The position numbers and the translations under genes are program-made. The notes under the pieces were generated by a model, which worked only from the letters and a program-made list of their open reading frames with translations, searched no databases and was not told the DNA's origin. A stretch of 64,000 nucleotides of DNA from Lingula anatina (lineage: Eukaryota; Animalia; Brachiopoda). Location: NCBI GenBank assembly GCA_051362555.1, contig CM120645.1:21638001-21702000 (forward strand), in the 5' to 3' direction. Of the stretch, positions 13,400 through 26,500 are shown piece after piece. Numbering within the stretch: position 1 is the first letter of the stretch; the number at the start of each line of letters is the position of its first letter.

Positions 13400-16300
13400 C
13401 TGTAATAAGATATGTCATTGAATAAATACATATGTAATGAATAAATTAATGGGTTAAGCAAATAAATAGAAAAATTTGGTTAAATAATTTTACTTGGAAA
13501 ATAGAAGGCTGAACGACCGCATTAAAATGAAAACACAACTATCTCTGACATATATCCGTGACAATCAAATGGCGTGTAAAAAATAATCATACGGACGCTT
13601 CACTTGTCCTGCATTAAAAAAATTAAATTATAGGGACCTCATATTACCTAGTGGATTATTCCCAAAAAGTTGGAGGTCGGGTTTTTCTGGGTCTGTAACC
13701 AAGTTGCTAAAAGTCAGGAATACTGTGAGCCACAACGTGTTTGCTACTGCAAACCACATCAGTGCCGTCTTGCGGAGATCTTTCAGCTCATCTAAAATAA
13801 CCACAAATGATTGCAATAGGAGTGATACATTTATGTTTTACAGGAATCATGAAATTTAATTAGTTTACATTGGTGGCATCCTTTAAATTAAAGATGGAAA
13901 CTATTGGATGCGTTTGAGAATGAAAATTATTGGATTTGAGAAGGGTTTGGGTTTGAGAAGAGATTGGGATCATTTACTTTTCAGTGCGTCCTCCTTTTCC
14001 TTGAAAACGGCTGCCGGTTTCAGGCGAGCAGCTATAAGTTTCTCCCAAAATTGTTTCTCTCGTATAACGTCTGGCGGCTCTGGGGCAAACTTGCAACTTT
14101 TCAATTCACTTCTTACCTCCATCAAGCGTTTTTCTTCTTAAAAAGTAGAAAAAGTGAAATCTTTATATCGCAATCACTATCTAAGTGATTTTGAGTTTCG
14201 CTTGTTTGTAACAATAAGGCTTAATTTTACAAGAAATAATTCACTAAGGTATGTCAGCGTTGAAGTTTTGAGCAATGTAGCATATAAGAACATACATCAT
14301 GTAAAATATATATACTCAGTGTTTGCATATTGGATGTATTTTCGATTAACACCGTATGAAGAAATATTTTGTTTCATGATCACACTTACATGCATGCATA
14401 TATTTGCATTAGTTTTAATGACCATATAGTAGCACATGATAACTGTCATTGAGATCAATGTGACCGTTATAAGGTCTGTGTATAAATGCGATAGATGATG
14501 GATTCATAATTGACACAGACACCCACATGGTCTTACCAGGAGTAGGAGGCCGAAGCTGCTGGATGGACTTGTACAGGCGCTTCAAGTGACCTGGTTTGGG
14601 ACAAAATGTAGTCGTATATTATAATGCATCCAAACTTATACGGGGTATAGGGGAGAGCGGGGTTGGTTGGAACAGTTTTCACCTTTTTTGCGATATCTCA
14701 GCAGTCAAAGCTTTGGGGACAAAAATAAAAAATCTGATAGGGGAAAATTATATGCCGCACTCATCTATGAAATAAAACATCAAGTAGGTCTTTTTATTTT
14801 AGAGTAATAAATGCTCAAAGTTGCCTCCTAAAACGTTCCATCTCACCCCACCCGCGGGGTAAGTTGGAACAGGCAGTGGGGTGAGTTGGAACAAGAGGGC
14901 GAGTTGGAACGCTTGCATATAAATTCAAAGTATAATTCATTTTAAGAGTAGGTTTATCTATATTAATTTCCCAACAAGTGCGTGTTACTTTGTATTCGTA
15001 TCTCCATAGTTTGTAAGCATTTTTTACGTTTACAATTCGCTTTCAAATAGTCTTTTCGATGTATAAACCATATCCAGGTACACGTCATTTCATAATGATA
15101 ACAAAAGTGGTGTAGTTTAAGAGAAAAGAAATTGAACTCACATAACTCAACCTATCAACAACAGTATGTTAGACCTACAAATGAAAACTGTATCTCTTTC
15201 AACTCAACAACTCAGAATCAAAATCGCAGTTCTGACATACTCAGTATGTACACTTGGTCAACCTTAGTACAGTCTTCATGTGACCACTTTAGACAAACAA
15301 TGCATTTAACCCATTTCTCTTTTGGTCGGCTGTTAATGAACGGCTCCCCACAAACCAGAGATGGCCACTCTTCTTCTGACTCAGAATCGTTGGTCATCTT
15401 TAATTTCCTTTTTCTTGATTTTCTCTATCGACTAGAAATCTTTAACTGTTTTTTATTTTTGTTGCGCTTGTCCTTTTTAATTTTGTTGGGCTTGGCCTTT
15501 TCTTTTTCGAGCAGCTCATTTTCAGGTGTGTCAGTTAGTACTGCACTGCATCGTTTTCTTCTTTTAACATTTGGACTGCGACGGTGAGCCTTTGGAACCG
15601 GTCTAATTATTGCTGGACTTGAGCTGTTTTGGGCTTTTCTTAAGTGCGCTTTAGACCCCATTTCCAGAGATTAGATCGATCTACTTTAGATCGACCTAAC
15701 TCCCTGGGGGTTCACGCTAAATAGCTGTCAGCCGAGCGGACACCAAAGTTAATTACCCCCTTACAGCTTGTAGTAGGCGGGACGGACATTTAAGCCGGAT
15801 TATCTGACAGTAATCTAGTGACAGTAATCTAGATCGATCTAAAAGCCTTAGTGTGCTGTAGCACCTCTTCCGGTGAGGGCAACTGAGATTTCAACTGAAT
15901 CTATGCCTAAGTTACGAGGTGAATGTTTGTCTTTTCTGGCGGATTTTGTGCCCTCGTTCACTAGACATTAACAGCAACCCCCAACCCATTACACAAAGCA
16001 TCTAAAACAATATCGGCAGAATTGGTGTTGTATAGTTTATCCATAACATAGGCTCTCAGCTAGAATATTTTCATTTTGCCGCGAAAAGCAGAGTAATAAT
16101 CGACATTTCCTTCCACATATAAAAGCAATTTATCGCAAAAAGCAACAGTGGGCATGCAGACAATTTTCGACCAAACAGCTAGCAACTGCATTTAACAAGC
16201 AGTGACCATCCCCCCTTGTATCTTCTACACGCATGTACATTCCGGCATCTTGGAGATGTTCTATCAGCTAGATTTCGTCTCCAGTTGGAGTTGTACTGGG

Positions 16301-18121
16301 TTACTACGTTACTACTCTCTTCAAAGTTGAAATTAAAACATTTGGAGAGGTTTAAAAAATGAAAAACACCGTGCGGGGTGGGTTGGAACACCCCTGACAG
16401 TGTTCCAACTGGCCCCATGTCAAATGTTCCGACCAGCCCCCATGACGTCATGGCCTACTTATGACACTGTATTTCTTTAACACGTGGGAAGTGATTAAAA
16501 AAAACAACAGCTTTTTGAACATCAAGGTGGTCCTAAACGCTTTGCACAATTTCAGTGATATAATCCTTATACTTTAGTTTACAGCACGATGAATGTCAAA
16601 AATATGAAAACTTACTTCGAGTAGCGAAAATAAGTTTTTTTCGCATAAAACTTTTAATGCATTTTCGAAACTTCCACAAGTTTACCAGATGAATGACCAT
16701 GCCACGTGACATTTTTATGCTGAAGGAGCACATGATCGGTCTTGTGATTTAAGAAATAAAGCCAATGTTCCAACTTACCCGCGTTCCAACCCACCCCGCT
16801 CTCCCCTATAGGGCCTATACTAACCAAATTACACGCCGTCCACTGTCTTTAACTGTAATTCATAGATACTGTGAATTTGTAGCAAAAACATCATATTTCA
16901 CAGACCGGCAAGACTGAGATACCGCGTAAATGGCTTGGGGGTCGGGTGGCAATCGACATTCCTTGGCTGACTCCGCAAGCTCCATACAAACCTCGGATGT
17001 GATAGGTGTAGGACTATGCATCAAATCGATACATTTCTCCGCCGGAACTGCCTTTTCTCTCAACCAGGGCCTATACGCCAGAGGAACAAGTTCCCAAAAA
17101 TCGAATTTTTGGGCAGTATCATAAAGACTACTCAGATAAAATGAAATTGCATACTGTCTCCGAGCTATCCAAACCTGATCCTAAACTGCGACTAGTCTTC
17201 CCATGGGCATGGGACTGAAAGTAGTTCCTTGCCAACATTCAAAGCGTGCTATGGATGCGTCGAGTGCGGAGACATCCGGGTAGTTCCGAGTGGGTCGGGT
17301 GGGGGTCATCTGTTGTGGGGCTACAGATCATGCAAGCAGGTTAACGTTGTTAGCAACGCTTGTGAAACACATCCAGAGGCTAACTGACGGAAAAGTAATT
17401 GAGTGTTGGCGGACTTGGATATAATAAATGTTATATTTCACCGGTACTCAGATCCCTGCCCTCCTATTTTTTTTATTCAAACAAATAAAAAGGGGGGGGG
17501 GGGGGGGGAGGGGGTGCAGCAACAGACAAACATTATCGGTCAAGCAGCATACAGGTACTTAATACAATTACATCTACCTGGTTTGTGAATTCCATATTTA
17601 ATCCTCAGCTGATCTTTTTCCGTGGTTGTCGACAGGTCATCGAAATGGTCTAGTAATGCTTTCCTGTATCTTACGAGGCCTATGGACTCAATCCAGCTAC
17701 CCTGAAGTTTTAATCTATAATTTTAAAGGCGTGCATATATCAATGACAAAATCAAGCTTTGTTATTTTTGATAAATGGTTTAAATATATGTGTAAGTTTC
17801 CTTTTTCGGGAAGACTTAAATATATTTTATCCAGAGGTTTAAAAGCTAATGACTCATTTACAAATGTACTGAGTACAATACTGGTGTATCAATGGTACGT
17901 ACTGTTATGGAATGCCAAAGGGGAAATAATTGCAGGACATGTTTATCACAGCTCAGAACCAATAAATAGTATTCAGAAAAATATGATTTCAATGCCAAAA
18001 ATAACATCTATAAACGTATCAGGAAGTATTTCATACTTCAGAAATGATTTCCTCTTCAGAAATATCCTAGATCATAGATTAGAAACATTTATCATTCATA
18101 AGAACTGAAGTTCATGTTCCA

Positions 18122-18156
<35 letters not shown>

Positions 18157-20565
18157 CATATCAGAATATTTTAAAACATACCATGAGCACGTGCAATCTA
18201 CATTGCTATTACAAATAGTGCTGGTGTGGAAGGTTAAGTAACAAACCTAGGATGTGTGTAATGGAGCTTTTTATTTTACTTTTTATGCAAAACAGATGTA
18301 AAAGGAGGTACATGTATTTACACAACAATTCCGTTGTACAATATGTACTTTCATGCCCATTAGGAGTGGGGCTGGTCAAGCCCACCCTATGTGTAGAGGG
18401 TCTCTATATAGCATGGGTCTCTATAAAGTAGGGGCCACCACAATGTGCGTCTGCGATTATCACAATTAATATAACTTTGAATATCTGAAGAACAATTTAC
18501 ATTTTATCTTTCTTAATCCTATAAGAAATAAGAATAGAAAAAATATATACTAACTGTATTTAGACTCCATTTGGCACCCATATTTTCCTTTTTAGCATGA
18601 ATTACATGAAAATGAATTTTCTTTGCAACTGAAATTTTTTTACTAATTCTAACCCCTGCTTCCCTTTCAAAGATCTACGTATTTTGGAGTTGTTCTTTTT
18701 GTACAAAAGATACACTTTGGCCACTTATTGCTTTTCTTTTTTTAAACTGGCACCTTCTGTACCCAATTACAAAATTGGTTGTCATCTTACTACAACTATA
18801 AAAAGGCAGCAATGTATTTCAGAACTCCCTTAAAACACACAATTTCATAAATATTTGACAAGGTCATTTTGACATTAATTTTTGATATTTCAAAATAAAA
18901 AAGTTACAGTGAATCATCAAAGTATAATACCTTAATATTAATTTGGTATCATTTTTTTTCATTCACTGACAATTTATTTTTCATGTACAAAGGTGGGCAT
19001 TTTTACCCTCTTATCAGCACCAATCCTTTCAGCTAAGCAAACACTGTGAATTTGCCTTGATACAGTGACGGTCCCATCTCTGGTATTTTTCACCTGCATC
19101 ACGATCTGTAGAGTTGCTTATAAAATAAGCAATGGAGAAAACACAGCCATAGTCTATATGGAATTTTCACTCTAAATGCAATTCTTGTTTTCCGCGAGAA
19201 AGAATTTCCCCTAAACTCGAATTATTGCCCGATCAGCCCCAGCACATCACTCACAGCACAGCACATCATCTCAGCAATCTTTTCTGTCATTTCTAGTGAA
19301 AAGCTGTTTCTAAATGAATCGTGATTTATTTGTCCTGACACAAATTCAAAATTTAACCTTATTACTTCCTCACCTTTTCTTTAGGGGTTGTTGGTACCTG
19401 TGGATCTATCTGAAAGGGGGGAAGTTTTTGCACCTCTGCGTGTACCAAATTGACGTGGGCCCAATTGATTATACCGACTTGGCGAATTTCCTGAAAAAAA
19501 AAGAAAGAAAAAAGAAAGGACCATGTTTGGGCTAGGTATCTACATTTATATGATATATGTTTATAACAACAAATTCTTTTAAAATAAGACCATTGTGTTT
19601 TTTATTCTACTGATTTGAGCTGGACTGTACTACATGTACTTGAAATTGAAGCCTTTTTAATTTATATGACGGCCGCGACGCTCGTACAGTTGCAAAAACG
19701 CTGGGACTCGTTATTTGACATTAAAAGAAAAATACCTCTTTGCTCATCTCGGCAATAAAGGTGGTGTCGTCATAGCCTAGCTTTTTAAAATTGTCCTCAC
19801 AAGCCTATAAAAGAAATTTGAATAATAGAATGTAACATTAAAAAAAAAACACTTAAAACATATGGCCGCTTTTATAATAAAAAAATAGCTTTTTAGCGCT
19901 TAAAATGAATCTAAATTATCATAAAATTTTGTTGAAATTTCTTAGAAAAATCGTTTTTTTTTGTGCAATTGTTAACAATATCATCAATCTAGTTCATAAA
20001 ATGTACAGATAAATTCAAGTATCAATATATTCATGGTGAGATTATTTCTGGAGCTGAACATCACAGTTTCACGGTACCTTGATTTCGTTCTGATAAAACC
20101 TTGCAAACAACCAGTCTTTCACTGGAATGGCCTCTTCACAAGTATCGTCACCTGTGGCTTCTGTTACGCCCTCCTGTGTTTCTTCCAGAATCACAGAGTA
20201 TAAAAGTATTACACATCATGATTCAATTTCTTCTCAGTGATATATTCCCCATAAACAAGACACGACTCATATATTAATGCTTTAATTGCGAAGAGGCGCT
20301 TACATGTCGTATACCACATCGATCGCTTCTGCTGGTATCACTGACTAGTAATAACCTGTATTGCGATGGGTCATCAATTGACAACATTCACTGCAAAGTG
20401 TGTTCACTGAAATGGTTTACTCACCTCCTGTCGCTGTATCATTTGCCTCGTCTGGTAAATCCGTGATCACCTCAACGTGACCGATCTCAGATGTAAATTT
20501 CTGGGTTGGGCAACTACAAAAAAATGGATAGAAATAACATCGGGCATCAGGACAATTCCCCCCGG

Positions 20566-20599
<34 letters not shown>

Positions 20600-23500
20600 A
20601 CAGCCCCCCCCCTCCCAGGACAATCCTCCCGGACGATTCGCCCCAGAAGAAAATATATTTATATACAAATATAAAGTAAAGAGTATAAAGTTTAAATCTT
20701 TTCATCCATTTTCTGAATATTTCATAGTGTGATGATGCAACTCGAGGATAGATAATATTAATTTCATTAAACAAATTATTTTCATGGAGTACAGTACATA
20801 ACATTTTCGAGATAAAAGTACAGAACATTTTATCAAAAATCTGATCAAAGTATATCTCCAGGTAAAGGAGGGGTAAACAGATGATCTCACTCATCCAGGT
20901 AACCTTTGATGAATTAACTGTTACTTTTAATTGCTTTATTACTCCCCCCTTGGTTGAGTAATTCTTGAATCAAGGTGCATCTCTAGGTAGAGGTGGGGTA
21001 AACAGATTTTCTCGCTTATCCAGGTATCCCTTTGATTATTTGTCACTTTTATTAATATTCATAAAAATATTCACAAAATATTTGTTTACCTGTTATCTGT
21101 TTACCCCACCTTTACCGGAAGGATAGGTGGTTATACTGTACTTTGATTAGATATTTAATAAGTCCTATACTTGCACTCAATGAAAAAGGAATTTGTTATA
21201 AAATAATTTGTTTCATGATGAAGTTGTATTATCACACTAAAAATATGAATAAAATGGATGAAATGTTTTAAACTTTACACTTCCTACTTTAATTGTCTGG
21301 GGGAATAGTCCGGGGGGGGGGGGGGGGGGGTTGTCCGGGGAGGAACTGTCATAGGATCATAACATCGATGTATTGTAGGCTTTGAAAACTTAGCTAATAG
21401 ATTTTACATTTGATTTTCAAAATGCTTCATATACTGTATTTAATTTTTAAAAAAACGAGAAAATTCCTGATGCGTACTCACATTTATGGGTTCGGAAATT
21501 GTTTATTTTAACGTTTTCTTACATACCATGTCCCTTGTATTCGGCCCCATAGTTTTTGAAGAGCACTTTTATTCTGTTCACAGGTCTTCGCTTCCCTTGT
21601 TCCTGAAGCGATATGACAACAATTCCTACGATGCAGGAAAGGGCATTTCAAAATTGTAAAAAAAAAACTTTCTTAAAGATCCACATGTATGAAGTCTAGT
21701 GAGATAAGATAAACGCATTTAACACAATTATTTTACTGGATGTTAGGCCACACTTTTTTATTTTTATGGATGACATCCTCTGGGGACCCCAAAATCGGTG
21801 CGAGCGGGCGAAAAAAAAAAAAAAAAAAAACAGTCCAAAAAAAAAAAAAAAAAAACTGCTTAAGAAAAGTTATGTTTTCAGTACACAGCTGGAAACACTA
21901 ATTTACCACAGAAACACGTATCAAACTAACAATATGTCTTTATCCATGCTCTCAAAATATTAAAGCATTGTGAATAGGGCCTACTTCGTAGAAAGGTAAA
22001 AAGTCATGAACATATATGCTGCATATTACCAAATCTATTTAAGGTTATTTCATGCATTCTGTTGGTATAGCAATCAATAAAACAAATATCAAATAAACAG
22101 CGTGTCTTTATTTGTACTCTCAGAAAATTAAAGCATTGTAAACACTTCACAGAATTGTTAAAAAAATGAAGCAAAGATAGGCCTATGCTTCCTACAGTAC
22201 TACAAAATCTAAAAAAGGTCATTTTGGTCGATGCCATTTTGTCTACTTCGACTCACACGTAGCAGCCAACTATCGGGTGGCCTGTCCGGCCTTCAGTCCA
22301 CCAAATACCATGACGCTCTTGTCGACCCTTTTTTCGCTACAAAAAAAAACCTGGCATGTGCTGCTTTGGACAGAATGTCACTGAAATTTTCCGGGCGATG
22401 ATCGCTGGCCGCGGCCAGCCTTTCGTATAATTGTAAAAGGGTGATATCTCCATGTCCAATATCAATGGCAAACCAATCCAAAACGACGGCCCCCGTTCTC
22501 TTTATGACTTTAATTGTCGTGTATTTTGAAATTTATGCCAGAGATGAATTTGACGGCAAAGCGGCCATATTTCCATGTGGTGATAATACACATGCGCAGA
22601 AAGCTCATTTTCCGCATTTGGAACTATTCGGATGTCTCCGCAGTCGACAATGACAGTATGGAGCTTGCGGAATTAGCCGAGGATTGCCGATTGCATTTTC
22701 CGGCAAATTCAATAACGACGTTTGCGACAACCGACCTCCTTAGGGGGAGGGGGGGGGATTTTTTTTTTTTTTTTTTTTTTTTGAGAACGGACGAAAATCG
22801 GTGCGCGCGCAGGATGTCATCCATAAAAATAAAAAAGTGTGGCCTTACACAATAAATAAATTAATAAATGAATAAATAGGGTATGTCCGATCGTCAGGGG
22901 GTGTTTATTCAAAATGATATTTCAACCGGTTGCAAGGGCGTAACGTCTCTTGCGTCGCATGCCGTAGTAGTTACGTCACTTGTAATTTGTGACGGCACGT
23001 GGTTCTAATTTCTGTTCTTTTGTTCAAAGTATCTGTGGCGTTAGCATCATTAACAGCTTTTCGTCTAAACAAAGGTTACAAAATTGTTGGTTCCTACTTT
23101 GTGTTGCACATTTTGTGATGCCCCACCTTATGTAATACTGAACGTTATAATAGTTCATATATATATATATCGATGCTCATAAGTTAAGCTACACTTTTTT
23201 ATTTCTCAAATTTCACAGCAACCAAGCTTTCATTGGTGCAAAATTTGTATACTAGCTAGATGTTTTTCTTTTTCTTTTTCTTACTTTGAACGACTGTACC
23301 GTGATATTTGAGTACTTATACATTACTGCTGGACAGGTAGAATACATTAGGGGTACCACTTGCGAAAAACTCAGTTTGGGCAGCCATGCGGAGCTTCCAA
23401 GTTGACTACAGGTAGTTTCATGGGCACTATTTGTTATATCGCCTGTGTAATGGTTAGAAGAAGACTCAACGAGGTAATCAGATGGCAAATTATACGAAGC

Positions 23501-26500
23501 CATCGTGTTGGGGTGTTTAAACATTAAAATGACAGTGGCGGATTGAAAGGGGGGTCAGGGGGGTCCTGCAACCCCCCCCCCTTCAATTTCTGGTCCCCTC
23601 TTGAAATTACTGTAGAATTTTGACCAGCTGAATCAAAGTTCTAAACCGTACCAAATGGCACCGTTCAGCCTCTAAAATAACCACAATTTTCGGGCCTTTC
23701 ATCGGGCCCCGAACCCCAAGTACAGTCTTCTTTTATTACCTTGTGTACATGTACAGTGTGTATATGGTACTTGTACTTACCCCAGCTCTGATCCGTAATG
23801 TTACATATACTGTAGATAGTGAGGAAGAGATAGCCGGCTGGTAGAAAGAACAAATATGTGATACCTTAAAAGAGAATGCATACCTGTATTAATGTATAAG
23901 TTAGAGTGAAGAATGTAAATGAAAGAATTATCGCGCACACACCTGCTAACAAAACTGCTAACAGCAGTTAACAGCACCGATACAGAGTAGGTGCCGTATG
24001 CGCTAAAAGCAAATGTATATATAGTTTAATTTGGTGGTGGGGAGGAGGTACAAAGAAGAAGGGCTTTCAAAAAGAAAATAAAAAATAAAAAAAAGAAATA
24101 AGTCTGGTTCTTTGACTTACTTTACAGAGTCAATTTTTATTTTGGCACGATGTTTTGTTCCTTTTCTGTTTCATGAACGACCTTAAATGCCGTTTACCTT
24201 ACTTTTATGTACAGACACAGATATTTGTATATCTATGGGGGGGGGGGGGGGGGGGGTGTCCAGTCATGGGTCATTGACCCGTTAGGCAAACCCTTTTGGG
24301 TACAATCTTATTTTTGCATTATTTAAAGTTATGTCGTACTATTAGATGTAAGTTGTTTCATTATGCTCTTTTAAAGTTCTTGTATATAATCTTGTACTCA
24401 ATAAAGTCATTCAAATAAAATAAAATCAAATATCTATTAAAGCCATCGGCGCCGTCGCCGTGCACTTTCAGTGAAAACAAGATTAGCAGAAACATTTTTA
24501 CCCTTTGTCTTCAAACTGATGAATATTTATAAAATACAGGTACAATTTAAAAATTAGCGTGATCAGGCCATTTTTCGAAAGGTATGCTTTTTATTTCACT
24601 ACGATTTTCTCTTGTTTAAATTTTGTCATTTTCAAGGTGTGACTTTAAAATTCCACTGGCCTGAAAACCTTTGCTAGTCTCATTTTTAAACATCCATGTT
24701 ATCTGCAGTGCATAATTAAAGATTGGTGGTAATTATACTGTTAAACATTATGTAACATTGCATCAAAATTGAAAAGAACTTTATTATGGGCACTGCTACA
24801 ACAGAGACCATTTAAGAAAAATCATGTCACTTACTATTCTTGTACGTACAGGAAAAAAAAAAAAAAAAAACAGGAGTCAAATATAGCTCCATTTTTAAAA
24901 CCAGTCTGATTGCTATAATTTTCAGGAAGCTATACATTTTTACTGAAATGTTAATTTTTAAAATATTGGCATTTTCAAGGTGTGACTTTGAAATTCCATG
25001 GACTGCAAGACATTTACTAGTTACATTGTCTGACTTAATTACAAGATATGAACATTTCTTTAAAATCGATGGTCATCATGCTGCGAACCACCGTGTAATA
25101 TTGCATCAAAATTAAGGAAAAAAAAACAATTTTTGGCACTGCCATCATTATGACCATTTAAAGAACACTATGTTACATTTAATTCTCAAACTTCCAGAAA
25201 AGATTAATAGAGCTGAAATGCAACTTGAGTGCAACCTTGGAAAACCAGTCTGATTGCATTCTCTCCTGGAAGCAATGCAGTTCTTAACGAAAATTTTCTT
25301 TTTCACATACTACAATTTTTAGTGTGGGACTTCAAACAAAGCTCCCACTGGCATGAAGCCGAATGGTTAGCAAATTTTCTAAATATCTATGTTACCTGCA
25401 TATTCTATCAGTCATTTTGTACATTGCATCAAAATTGACAAAAAAAAAAATAAATAAAAAATAAAAATAAAAAAAAAAATCTGCACTGCCATCACAGATG
25501 TTATGAAAAGAAAACTGTGTTACTTATTATTGTGTAACTTACAAGAATGATTCTTAATATAGACTTACAGTTCTTGATTGGATTTTCTTAAATTTATGTA
25601 ATTTATTTGTAAGTTTTTCATTTTTCTCGTTCTGGCATTTTCAAAGTGTGAACTTGGCATGCAACATTATGTTCTGCTGTTTGACTGCACATTTGGCAGC
25701 TTTGCTGCTTTGTTTTTCTTAGCAGTTAGTGGAACTACATGTACATGTAGGCCTACATACTAGTATAGCCTGGAGGGAGCTGCCTTATGTCTAACTTAGT
25801 CTACAAAGCTCAAACAAAACTCTGCTTTAATATATTTTGTTATAATGTCTTTGAATGTTACTAAAGTTAAACTTTTAAATAAAAAAATAGTGAAACATCG
25901 CTCAGTCGGTTGCGGTGTTTGTTTATACTTTTTGACCGCTAGATGTCCGATGGTAACGTTCCAATACAAGCCTATATTTGAACTTTACTTTGATCTTGAA
26001 GTTAAATTAAACTTAAGTTCAAAAGGGGTTTTTTTTCTTTTTTCTTTTTTAATTCAACTGTGCATAAACTTTGCAGCCGAAAAAGTCACGAAACGCAGTC
26101 TTTTATGAAATGTTAGGGACTTTCCACCCCCTTTTGTTGAAGAGCGCATTAGCAACAGTAAACCCACCAAGCTAGGACTTAAGATTCTTTGTGAAACACT
26201 CTAAGTCGGCAATAGCGTCGTCGACCTTCCTGTAGCAAAGTCAAAGAGCAACGCTAAGTCAACTACAGATTTAAGATTATTTGTAAAACAAGGCCAGTGG
26301 TGATTGTAAACAAGTGTTAGCTGCTTTGGCCTTTGGACCCGCTGTTCTTATTCTTGTGGCACCCTTACCATGAAAAAGACACGTGATCTCCGTCGGATGC
26401 AATAATGCCGTTAAAATAAACATCCCAGCTATTGCGCAGATGTATATGGAGCTAACCGGAACCGGAAGTTCAGTCACATCTGAAAAAATATGCCAAACCC

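Noticed and set aside
17626-18108. 160-aa plus-strand ORF
   Set aside because: AT-rich, no recognisable motif, and partly antisense to CHS exon 19.
20514-21400. Mutator-like element interrupting a coding exon (ORF ...RCYFYPFF...)
   Set aside because: The phase fits an acceptor at 20514-20516, so RCYFYPFF is the pyrimidine tract and the element is intronic.
24440-25700. Regularly spaced repeats as a CRISPR-like array
   Set aside because: Eukaryotic context, long diverged units and no unique spacers; this is an ordinary TE-associated tandem repeat.
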